A DNA stretch of 62,141 nt, the filler included, from Diploschistes diacapsis (lineage: Eukaryota): NCBI GenBank assembly GCA_023645945.1. It is 9 parts of 9 records of this genome, joined end to end, with 100 filler letters (N's around TTAATTAATTAA, not from the genome) between each part and the next. Parts side by side here need not be neighbours in the genome. Positions count along the whole stretch, not along the records: positions 1 to 6,861 come from JALAIB010001343.1; positions 6,962 to 13,803 come from JALAIB010001344.1; 7 more parts are not named here. The stretch is one strand, 5' to 3'. Shown piece after piece: positions 1 to 11,153 of this stretch (position 1 is its first letter; every line of letters begins with the position of its first letter). The notes under the pieces are model-generated. The model was not told the origin of the DNA and searched no databases. It saw only the letters and a list, made by a program, of their open reading frames with translations. Both the position numbers and the translations under genes were made by a program.

Positions 1-228
1 CCCCCCTTTTCTTATCCCCCCGTCTCTGTTCCCCAAGTTGCATGACCGAGGGGCTCCTGTCGGCCCGACCACTTGCGCCCGGGATCATTCTTCCCCTTGC
101 TGCACAGGCGAAAAAAAAAAAAAAAAAAAGACGGCGTGCGAAGATCGCACGTTGCAGCGTTCCCAATGACCAAGTTGTGAGCGGCATGGCTGACTGGCGG
201 TGGGGTTTTTTTTGGCTTGGTTGTCTAG

Positions 229-660
229 ATGGCCGCATAGCGCCGCGCTCGGGCCTAGCGTCCAAGCACTTCATCGACACGGGCGCGGGCGTGATCGATG
301 CGGATTACAGGGGCGAGGTCAGGGTGCTGCTGTTCAACCATGCGGAGACGGAGTTTGTGGTGCGCGAGGGGGATCGCGTGGCGCAGTTGGTGCTGGAGAG
401 GGTGGGTTTCCCAGTTTTTGCTTTTTTTTTTCCCGTTTGGTGCTTGGTGCTTGATGCTTGGGCTGCTTGGCGGTGAGGGCTTCTGAGCTTGGGGAATAGG
501 GCGGGGTTTGTGTTGGGAGAGATTCCTGGTGATGGGCAAGTTGGATCTTGGATGTAGTGGCTAATGATTTTGGTTGTAGATTTATACGCCAGAGGTGTCG
601 GTTGTGGAGGAGTTGGAGGAAAGCGTGAGGGGGGCAGGTGGTTTTGGAAGTACAGGCTAG
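229..660 (+). CDS. DUT1: dUTP pyrophosphatase, 3' part (5' exons off contig)
   Basis: Exon 229-401 encodes [10 protein letters not shown]...[13 protein letters not shown]. Intron 402-579 is GT..AG. Last exon 580-660 reads IYTPEV...[10 protein letters not shown], dUTPase motif 5. Confidence 0.95.
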
Positions 661-830
661 AGCATTGGTGTGCAGTTTATGGTAGCAAGGGATTGGTTTG
701 TTTGGCTCGAATGCTTGGATCCGAAAAGTCTGTATGGGTCTAGAGAAGAGCGGTAGAATCTTAAGTACCTTCGATGCTAAAGATAGACAACAAGAATAAG
801 GCCCTCCTAGCTCAAGAGGTTAGGACGTCG

Positions 831-2202
831 CTAAACTATCCCTGCCACCTCTTTCGCTCCAAAAACGACCTCTACATCCCTCAAGTCCTTCTGATACTTC
901 ACAATCCTCACCTCCGCCGCCTTGGTCCTTCTCAAATGTAAACTTTTCTCATCCGTCCGCCCAGCCCCGTCCGTTCCAGACTCAGACAATCTTGCAAACT
1001 CTCTGTCCATATCCCCTTTCGTCTTCTCGAGCACAACGTGCATGCTCGCACAAACTTTCTCCGCCGCCTTTGCGAGCGGCAACTGCAGCGGCGCCACATC
1101 ATCCGGCGACATCCATGTCTTCGTTCCGCAAAGGCCCGCGGCAGACGCTGTTTCACTGAACCGAGCTACAACGAGAGCGGCAAACATGTCTCCGGTACCG
1201 CTGAAGAAGACATCTATATTGGGGACCGTGATACAGAAGAGACGTGGAGTATGATCTGAGCGAGCTGTTGAGCCAATCACCGTGAGCGTGGGGATCGCCG
1301 ATGACGATGGGGTGGCGGAGAAGTTGCCGGTGCTGGTGATGGGGATGCGGACGGAGGTGACGATTATATGAGGGATTCCGTAGGCTCTGTGAAGGGTTGA
1401 GATGGCGGTGGTGAGGGAGGAAATGTCGGTTATGGAGTTGCCGGAGAGGACCCTAGAGAAAAGGAAAGGAGTCAGCAATAGCAGAACTTTGAGGGCATGT
1501 ACGCCTGGTCGAGGCTGGCTGCAGTCGGGTGACCATACTCGGCTTCAAATTGATTTGGCAGGATCAGGCCTGCATAAGGAAGCAGGGATTTATATGCTGG
1601 TATGACATCTTCGTTCACGTAGAGCTTGCCGTTGTCTCCCATCACAGGGTCCATAACTGGTCTCTTCTAAGCGATCACTGGGAGATGGGAAACATTGCCG
1701 GTACCCCAGAATAACGAATCTCGTTTCGATTCGAGGTCCTTAGCTATGGCGCCAATTGCATTGACTGCTTCGGCCCCAGGAGCATAGCCTGAAAGCAAGA
1801 CGTCGAAGTCGGTGAGATAGCTTTGCTTGAGTCCCTCGTAAATTTGCAGGATTTCCTTCGCCGTAGCTTTGGTACCTTTCATTTGCTTATAGGCCGTATG
1901 GTTGCCTGCAAATATGGCAATTGCTAAGCCGAAATGCACTGAAGCGAGGAAGGGGGGAAATACTGAACTGGACAGTGTTGAGTGCAGAGACTTCACATCC
2001 CATAGCCTGCATGACGAACGTAGCCATAGTATTTCCAACATAACTAGTAAACACTCAGCGGAGGTCATCTTAGTATATGGTGCTGCTTACCCGTATACAA
2101 CCTCGACTGTTGTCAGTCATTGCAACAAGGCCATTGAACGTTTCTTACATGGCTCGCAATTGCAAGAACTTTGGTCTCTGGCACAGGCAACGGCAGAGAC
2201 AT
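831..2202 (-). CDS. BUD16: Pyridoxal kinase (Bud16-like), multi-exon
   Basis: Spliced reading [34 protein letters not shown]..., then [30 protein letters not shown] and [11 protein letters not shown] motifs. Includes an 11-nt exon at 2091-2101. Confidence 0.92.
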
Positions 2203-2510
2203 CTTGGGCACTTACGTACTCAAGGAGGAAAAGGGTTTCAATTTGAGAGATTGAGCAGTTACACAATTTCGTGAGCTTGAGGCTTATCACATGATATGAC
2301 TTCTCAGAAAGCCAATCGCTTATAGTACAGCGCTATTCCTAATTTGGAAACTCGCCCTTTGCACAAACGCGCGCAGCAGCCCCGTGCCAGCTCTTCGAGG
2401 CCTTTGTTTTTGGGTAGTGAAGCAAGAAGGAACAGTAGCACGGAAGTTCTTATCCAGTGCTGCGATTCCCGATGACAAACTCTTCGCTCTAAACCAATGC
2501 ATCAAGCAAC

Positions 2511-3496
2511 TCATTCCTCGTCACCAATCTAAGTAGACATTAGCACAAATAAGTCAAGGAATACGAGCTACTCCATACCTTTGGCGCCAAGTAGAACCGT
2601 AGATAGCTGTTAGATGCAAGTTCGTATTCAACTAGGAGCGGGACTTCGTTGGACAAGCAGAGCTTGACAGATCCGGATAAGCCACTAGCTTTGCAGAAGT
2701 TGATCAGGTACTTGAGCGAGAAAGTCAGAGCAACGGGCTCGCTCAAATCCACAGAGACGTTGAGAGCCGAATTTTCGACATTAGTGTGAGGGCGAAGAGT
2801 AATGGAACCGTTGCCGATATCTCCTTGGCAAGCAAACTTCACTCCTTCCTTTGTAGCTTCGATAGCAACTGCACCCGTATTAGATTATGCAATCCCTGCG
2901 CAACCATCAAAGTAGAGCATACCTGATTCCGAGAGAGCTCCTAAATCTCTACATATCCTTTGAAACTCTGCTGATGGCATCGTAATGTTCGCAGCGTATT
3001 CAGTATCTGGAATGCCCAAATGCTCTTGATCAATGTCCATCAATTTGATATCGTACTCGCTAAGCCTGTCAGATTCTGCACTTTCGAATACCATATTGAC
3101 CACGTCTGGAGAGTCTTCTGCCTTGAGGGTGAGAATGTCATCGCTCTGCGCGCAGCGAAGGACTTTTTGGAAGGAGTTGAGATTAATTCCGAGGGCTATG
3201 TTGCGATCGCAGCGAAAAGGTGAGAAGGCCTCTGCCTTCAGCATCATGGAGACTAGCGCAACATGGGAATTGTCCATGGCTTGCAGCGCGACGCCGGAGT
3301 CATTGCAGTCGAAATTGCAGTCTTGCACAAGATCTTTGATGGCATCGACAACCTTCCAAGAGCTTAGCGTTACGTGCAGAAGATGCGATATGCGCTCCAA
3401 CTACCTTTTTAAGCAGGTTTGCCTGCTCTAGCCGTGCTTCGAGCACTGGGTTCTCTTGTTAGAAATACTTAACGTTCTCATGTCGGACAACTTACT
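2511..3496 (-). CDS. POL30: Proliferating cell nuclear antigen (PCNA)
   Basis: [29 protein letters not shown]...[12 protein letters not shown]...[13 protein letters not shown]. Four introns; the ATG appears split by intron 3446-3495. Confidence 0.97.
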
Positions 3497-3701
3497 GCTG
3501 TTTCGTCTTCCAACGACTTCCCAATTGTCCAGCAAGCAGCTGATTCGAGATTGTGATATGAAGAGCGGACACTCTAAATGCTGCGAAGGCCGCTTTTACT
3601 GGCTTCAAGATTCGTGAAGAGCTTAAGTCTATGTAAGACCGAATGGCGGCTGGAGGGACGTTGTGGGGTTGGAAGTCGCGGCTTCGAAAGTCGTGTCGGG
3701 C

Positions 3702-3707
3702 ACGCGT
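3702..3707. promoter_or_regulatory. MluI cell-cycle box (ACGCGT) upstream of PCNA
   Basis: Perfect ACGCGT about 205 bp upstream of the PCNA start. Fungal PCNA genes are classic MBF targets. Confidence 0.5.
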
Positions 3708-4012
3708 AAATGGGCTAGAGCCAAGGTCTTGAGCACGTGAGGCAGTACGAAATAGTCTTGAACACGATTTGAAAATCATTGTATGAGATTGAGTTGGTGA
3801 ATCAGAAGGTCTGAGTTCCTATACATCTATACATTGGTCCAAAAATAACCTCAAGATGCCAGCTTCATCGGGTATGTTTACTGGGAAGACGCCTCTTGCA
3901 CCTTCCGAGTTGCAGCAAAGGAACTGTCCCTCTCTAACGCTGCATACACCTCATTAAATGCTTTTATCCAAGCTTCCGTCGTCGTCGTATCATAAATTTA
4001 AAAAAACACAAC

Positions 4013-5970
4013 TCATATAGAGGTAACTCTTCCACTTGTCCTGCCTCTTGGCCGAGCTTTGATCACCGTTTCGAGCTCCTTCACCATGAATCGACTCGCA
4101 TCGATCCGTTCCCGGGCAGAGGCTAGCTTTGCTCGGTCTTCCTTCATTTTTGCAAGACGCTCGTCCCTCGTAAGTGTGCTCCGAGGTCGTGGCGACGCCA
4201 TCGCTTCGAATATTTCCTCGTCGGAGCTGGCGGCGTCTAACCTGGACATCGGATCGCCAGCTAGGATCTTAAATGCTTCCGGCGGGCTACCGCCTACTTC
4301 TGTGATTCCTCCGAGGCTGCTCGGGGTTGGCGAGCGAGAGAAAATCATGCCAGTGGAGTTCAGAGACATGCGACGCTCATGCTTGCCAATACTTGCAGTA
4401 AGAGCAGACCGACCCTCCTCCCAGTCTGCTACTAGTGCTCTCAAGTCTGACCCAAAGGCATCATATTGTTCCAGCAAGCTAGAGCCTAGCGCCATCACAT
4501 CATCGCTTGATCCCAGTGCCTTATCTGAATCTTCTCTCAAGATGTGCATCTTGGCTTGCAGACCTCGCAGACCTTGCGACAAGGTGGTGAACTTCCGCAC
4601 CTGATGCTGTAATCGCTCCCGGCCGGGAGTCAGAGGCGTTCTTGGCGAAGGGGGAATGCTGAAGCGTTCCTCCTCACCTATCACCCCTTCTAAAGAAGAG
4701 GTAGCGACCGCAGTAATGCCTGAAATGCTCTCCATGATGTCGGTCATGAGAGTCCAGTCAAGCTTGTTGGGTTTAGTATCCGCATCAAGTGCCAGAATTG
4801 CAGAAAGGAACATTTTGCGTGCCGTGAAAAGTCTGTGGAGATCGACCTTCAAGATACGAATACTCTCCAAGTCATCGGCCTCGGATCTATCAGCGAGAGA
4901 CTCTTCCACCTCGCCAATGTCCGTCCGACTGAGCTCGTACATGTCGAAGTAGCGGTCGAGGTCGACTTCATTCACGAAAGGGCGTAGACTATGGTAAGCC
5001 TCGACGTGAGGACTAGTTATCGAATCAAGAGCTAAACGCAAAGTACGTCGTAGTCTTGCACATCTGCGGGCCTGGTCCTTGCCATCCTCCAATCTCGACG
5101 CAGGTGGGAGTGGACTGCTTAGGCGATAGCCCCGTGACACAAGTTCTACCTCTTGGATGAGGGTAATTGCTGCATGTGCGTTGGAATCAAAGACCAGGGC
5201 ATTGCTAACCAATTGGGATGCTGCTTCAATTGCGCGGCTACGAGCGTGTCTCCGAAATTGCCGAACAAACAGACCATATACTAAAAGCGACGCCGCAAGT
5301 AGGATGGCGCAAATGAATGAGATCCTCGTTTTACTTAGACGCCCATTAGAGGGTTTTGTAGCCCACCAAATGGATAATGCGCACGCAAAAGCTGAGCATC
5401 CTGTTATGAGCAAGCCGCGTGTTGTGTACTGAGGGTCCCCACTTTGTCCCTCGTTACGCGTTGTCGATTGTCTTTTAGCGATTATAAGACGTCTAGAAAG
5501 CCCATTGGGAGCTCGGTCGCTCAACAGCTGAGATCCTATAATGGTATATCGGAGCTGCTCAAGAGCGCTTGCTTTCTCCGATTGCCCTATGCGCCATCTG
5601 AAGGTATCCTGCAACATGCGTTAAGTCGAGACCAAACAAAGAAGGGCATGATCATACCAAGCAATTCCTTCCGAGATTCGCCAAGCGACTTTGTTTCGAA
5701 ATTGTTCGCACTGGTAAGACATTGTAGCCCTTCTCCCTCGATGTAAGAATTGCTTTCGGAAACCCTCTGGGCGCGAAACAAAAGGACCGGAAATCATGGG
5801 TCGTAGGCGAAGCGATTTTTGAATCTGAAAGCCATCCAGTGTCATTTGTATCTCCACCAGACGCTTGGTAGAGTGTTGGTTAGGAACAACTGAATTCCGA
5901 TAGGTAAAATAGCCAGCTTACCATCTAGAATCTCTGCGAGCGGACTGTCTTCATACACTACACTCTCCAT
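4013..5970 (-). CDS. Vezatin-domain (myosin-binding) membrane protein, VezA-like
   Basis: Starts MESVVYEDSPLAEILD, followed by two short introns and the 534-aa ORF. That ORF has two hydrophobic helices and the IQEVELVSRGYRLSSPLPP motif of fungal vezatin homologues. Confidence 0.8.
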
Positions 5971-6279
5971 CCCATACTTCAGCTTCCGCAAATGGCCTTT
6001 AATCGATGCTATCGTCGCGCCAGAAGGACTGCAAGCTCCAAGAATTCCAGTGGCATTGGATGATAAGTTCACATTTCGTCGAAACTCAACGAGAAGAAAT
6101 CAATGGCAAGGTGGGCAAGAGGGCGCGTGGGATTACCTTTTTATTCTGCCCATTTTTCTCCTTCAGCTGGAACACAAGGAGCCGCAGACGGCAAAACTTG
6201 GGGCATGATGGGGAAAACTGGCAGGACTGGGGGCTTAGAGCCAATCAAAATGGCGGCCACAGGAGGTTTTGGCCAATTC

Positions 6280-6314
6280 AAGCCACAAGCCACAAGCCAT
6301 AAGCCACAAGCCAC
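6280..6314. repeat. Tandem heptamer (AAGCCAC)x5
   Basis: aagccac aagccac aagccat aagccac aagccac. Confidence 0.85.
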
Positions 6315-6652
6315 ACACGTCTTTCTCCTCATTTCAAATTTCCGCGCAGCCACAGTGTCAGAGGGTGAAACGAATACGGAAAAACAATCATGACGGAGAT
6401 TCTATTCTTCCTATCAGCTCTCACGCCACCTAGTCTAATACAGCGGTATCCTGAATGTACTGTATGGTTGAATCTCTCCTGGAGCATGCAAAGAACTCTA
6501 CACAGCCTGGCAATCTGCGCACCGTCTTCATTACTCTCTGTAGCGCGTTTTCTTGTAAAAAAATGCTGACAGAGCATTAGAAAACTCAGAATATCAGAAT
6601 ATCGAAATTCAACCTCAAGCAAGGTGCTATTACTAATTACTGATTATAACTA

Positions 6653-6861
6653 ACGTGTTCCACCACACAACGGAACACACCACAAAGCGGAACACTACAT
6701 TATAATGTAATTGCGCTAGATCGAGCGCTTCCATATTTGTACGAAGCTAAATCTGTTCTCAACTACACTACCCCGTTCTTCGGCCTTTAAGAAATACATT
6801 TTACGAAGGTGCAGGGATTGTGACCCGCTTCGTGGTGTGACCCGTTTCCTGGTGAAACACG
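6653..6861. mobile_element. MITE copy 1, Tc1/mariner (pogo/Fot1-type termini), with two different ends
   Basis: TA|ACGTGTTCCACC... to ...GGTGAAACACG at the contig end. Each end has two 17-bp sub-repeats. The first ~136 bp match the reverse complement of the 53349-53548 element. Confidence 0.88.
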
Positions 6862-6961
6862 NNNNNNNNNNNNNNNNNNNNNNNNNNNNNNNNNNNNNNN
6901 NNNNNTTAATTAATTAANNNNNNNNNNNNNNNNNNNNNNNNNNNNNNNNNNNNNNNNNNNN
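6862..6961. other. Artificial contig linker (N-run, TTAATTAATTAA, N-run)
   Basis: 100-nt spacer with stops in all six frames. Repeated at 13804-13903, 20742-20841, 27677-27776, 34600-34699, 41510-41609, 48416-48515 and 55281-55380. Confidence 0.99.
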
Positions 6962-7297
6962 GGATGGGGAAGGCTGGGAGGGGGGCGTGAGGTGAGGGCG
7001 TGAGGACGAGGCTGCTGAAGCCATGTGCATTGATACATAGGTTTGGGCGCGTATATCTTGTACTGGATTCTGGCATTAGAGTGTGGCGGGCGGCAATGCT
7101 TCATTGTATTTTCTTTTCGCTTTTCGCTTTTCGCTTTTAACCGTTGTTTCTCATCTGCGTCTTGCCAAGTGACCCTTTCTAGGCTCTTCCATCCCCCATG
7201 TTGTACATTCCTCCTACTCGTCAATCCATATCACGTTCTAGCAAGCTTCAGGAAGACCCCAACATCCCATCGGCCTTCGTCTTAGTCCTAGTCCACT

Positions 7298-8625
<1,328 letters not shown>

Positions 8626-9155
8626 GATTGTGGTTTGGTTCTCGAATCTGAGGGAGTATGCAACGGAGAGTAATGAGTCGGTGTTCGGCAAGTCTTCGGC
8701 TTGAGTAAGAATGGAGCGTCTATATTTCAAATCTGAACTTAGAAACAGTTGTCCTCAGCAGTCGGCTTCACTGACTTTGGAGGGGTAGATCGCATTTGGC
8801 GGGGCAATCCGGGTGTCCGTCCATGGCCGACGGGACGGCCACGGAGCCACACTAGGCAGATGAAAGATGGGCATTGCATAAGTCTCGGTAGAGCACTTGA
8901 AGATGTCGTACATGTATATTAGGTTGTATTGCTTATAGCTAGTATTGTCATGGTAACTTAGTATCCTCCCCAGTCCAGCCGCGATCACATCAAGCCACCC
9001 AAGTCAGGGGTATCCCGAATCCATCGCAAGCCCTCCCGCCAAACTCATTAGATATTAAGCAAAAAACCGCCCAATAGGTAAGAAACATAAATCATGTTCT
9101 GTCATACAGCATTCTGTTCGTAGCATGAAGCACAGTCGGACCGTTCATCACCCCC

Positions 9156-11153
9156 TTAGTAGTCGTATTCGAAGCGACGGCTTCCCGCAAAGCCAATTCT
9201 GCCCGCACGATCCGTATAAGCCCGACCGAGTGGTGGACGATCTGTGTAGGCACGGTCGAGCGGCGAACGATCCATGTAGGCTCGGTCGAGCATTGGACGA
9301 TCCGTATAGACCCGATCGAGCATTGGACGATCGCGAGAGCGGTCTAGGTAATGCCGTTCATCAACTCGTTCACGAACTTCCCGCTCCTGAAGGCCTTCAA
9401 GCCGGCCTTTGCGATGTGCGAGCTTGATTTGATGATCGAGCTCGAGGTCCTCAAGCCGTTGTAGCTCCCTCTCGCGCCGAAATTTGTTGTTCTCTTCCTC
9501 GAGTCTGTCTCTACGGGCGCGATCGTCGAGTCTGTGGTTTCTGGACGATGGAGAAGAATCTCGGGAGAGGCTTTGATCGAGGCTGTCGAAAGACCGTGTT
9601 CCACGACGATGACCGTTACTTCCTCGCTTAGATCCCGAGTGACGTTTTGAGCCCTTGTTCACCATTGTCCAGTCATCACTGCCGTTGAAAGAGTCCTTTC
9701 GGCTCGACAGACGGGACGAGCGTCGGCCATGCTCCCGATGATCCGGTCCTCCACGGCCGGAGTAACGATGGCTGCTATGCTTCTTGTGATGATGAGGCTT
9801 ACCGGTGGACTTTCCACCAGAGAAACCAGAGCCACCGGAATACGATGAGATGGGCGACAGGCGAATGGAGTCGTTCCCACAGTCTTCGCTCTCCTCACTC
9901 TCATCAGAACTTACGACTGATCCTTGTCGCCAGTCTCCGCCACCAGAAGATCGCTTAGGGATAAAGATTTTCGGTGGTTTTCCTCTGCGTGGTGACGGTC
10001 GCTGTGGCTCGTCAAACTCATTGTCGCTAAAGACTTGCTTGCCGCCCTTGTGTTTGCCGCCGCCTCCAAGAGGAATTATACAAGGTGGGTGCCCTCTGTC
10101 GTCGTTGTTGTCGTCGTCGTCGTCATCATCGTCGTCATCATCGTCGTCGTCGCCGCTAAAGTCCTGATTACCGCCCTTGGGTTTGCCACCGCCTCCAAGC
10201 GGAATTATACCGGGTGGATGCCCCCCGCCTCCACCTCGGAGAGGGATCATACCAGGTGGACGTCCTCCGTCTCCACCGCCACCGCCTCCGAGAGGAATAA
10301 TCCCAGGAGGATGTCCTCCACTTTGTGGCATCTTCACTACAGGAGGTGGCGAGTTGTCAGGCCGGACGAAGTCTGGACTCTTGGGTCTTTGCATGTTTCC
10401 GGGCCCTCCACTAGGTGGAGATGTAGGGGGCATCGGCCGTTCATGCCAGGGATCGGGACGCTGACCTTGATTCGGTGGACCCTGGGGCCGAGCGAAGTTT
10501 TGTGGGCTGCCCATGGGACCGTTTATTGCAGGATGAACAGCGGCATGGTGTGCAAAAGGTGGAAGATGTGGGTCCTGAGGCCGTAAAGAAGGGACGCGCG
10601 GGATCTTGCGCATGATGATCCTCATGTGGGTAATCTCTATCTTCGGGTTCGAAAATAGGGTCGTTATGGGCCCGGCAAGGTATTTTTGATAAAGCTTAAT
10701 GGAGGCTAGTTCCCAGAAGGAATGCTGGTCCAGTTCGCTCGCATTGCGAGCGCTTAACAACTGATCGATGTGCATTCGCCTCATCCCCATGATCCCGTCC
10801 CCTTTCATGTATGTCTGGACGGTGATGCCTTTGCTGCCATCTAGTCGGCTTGTCGATGCCAGGTCTTCTTGCGACTTGACGATTTGACTCTTGTGGCAAG
10901 TCTGCCACTTGTGCTTTGGGTCTGCGTCCGGTGATCCTGGGGACAGAAACCAACCGTCAAGGTAGCCTATCATGACCCCGGGAATTGGAGGCAGGCAGTT
11001 GTGGAGCATGTTCGCTGCGGCGTTCACATGCGGGGCGTTGGCGGTGTTGAGACGAGGGTGGTCAAAGCCCATGCCCTGCATTCCGGGCACGGTGGGGACT
11101 GATGGCCGTGTCATTGGCATTGGCATTGCCCCACCGGGATATTGGCCGGCCAT
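9156..11153 (-). CDS. Hypothetical protein: small globular N-terminal region, then Pro/Gly/Asp/Ser/Arg-rich repeats
   Basis: 2-kb uninterrupted ORF from ATG 11153 (MAGQYPGG), with internal peptide repeats. Confidence 0.75.
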   Translation of the reverse strand: MAGQYPGGAMPMPMTRPSVPTVPGMQGMGFDHPRLNTANAPHVNAAANMLHNCLPPIPGVMIGYLDGWFLSPGSPDADPKHKWQTCHKSQIVKSQEDLASTSRLDGSKGITVQTYMKGDGIMGMRRMHIDQLLSARNASELDQHSFWELASIKLYQKYLAGPITTLFSNPKIEITHMRIIMRKIPRVPSLRPQDPHLPPFAHHAAVHPAINGPMGSPQNFARPQGPPNQGQRPDPWHERPMPPTSPPSGGPGNMQRPKSPDFVRPDNSPPPVVKMPQSGGHPPGIIPLGGGGGGDGGRPPGMIPLRGGGGGHPPGIIPLGGGGKPKGGNQDFSGDDDDDDDDDDDDDDNNDDRGHPPCIIPLGGGGKHKGGKQVFSDNEFDEPQRPSPRRGKPPKIFIPKRSSGGGDWRQGSVVSSDESEESEDCGNDSIRLSPISSYSGGSGFSGGKSTGKPHHHKKHSSHRYSGRGGPDHREHGRRSSRLSSRKDSFNGSDDWTMVNKGSKRHSGSKRGSNGHRRGTRSFDSLDQSLSRDSSPSSRNHRLDDRARRDRLEEENNKFRRERELQRLEDLELDHQIKLAHRKGRLEGLQEREVRERVDERHYLDRSRDRPMLDRVYTDRPMLDRAYMDRSPLDRAYTDRPPLGRAYTDRAGRIGFAGSRRFEYDY

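Noticed and set aside
6906..6917. Periodic TTAATTAATTAA repeat every ~6.9 kb
   Set aside because: Artificial six-frame stop linker within N-runs, not a biological repeat or CRISPR array.
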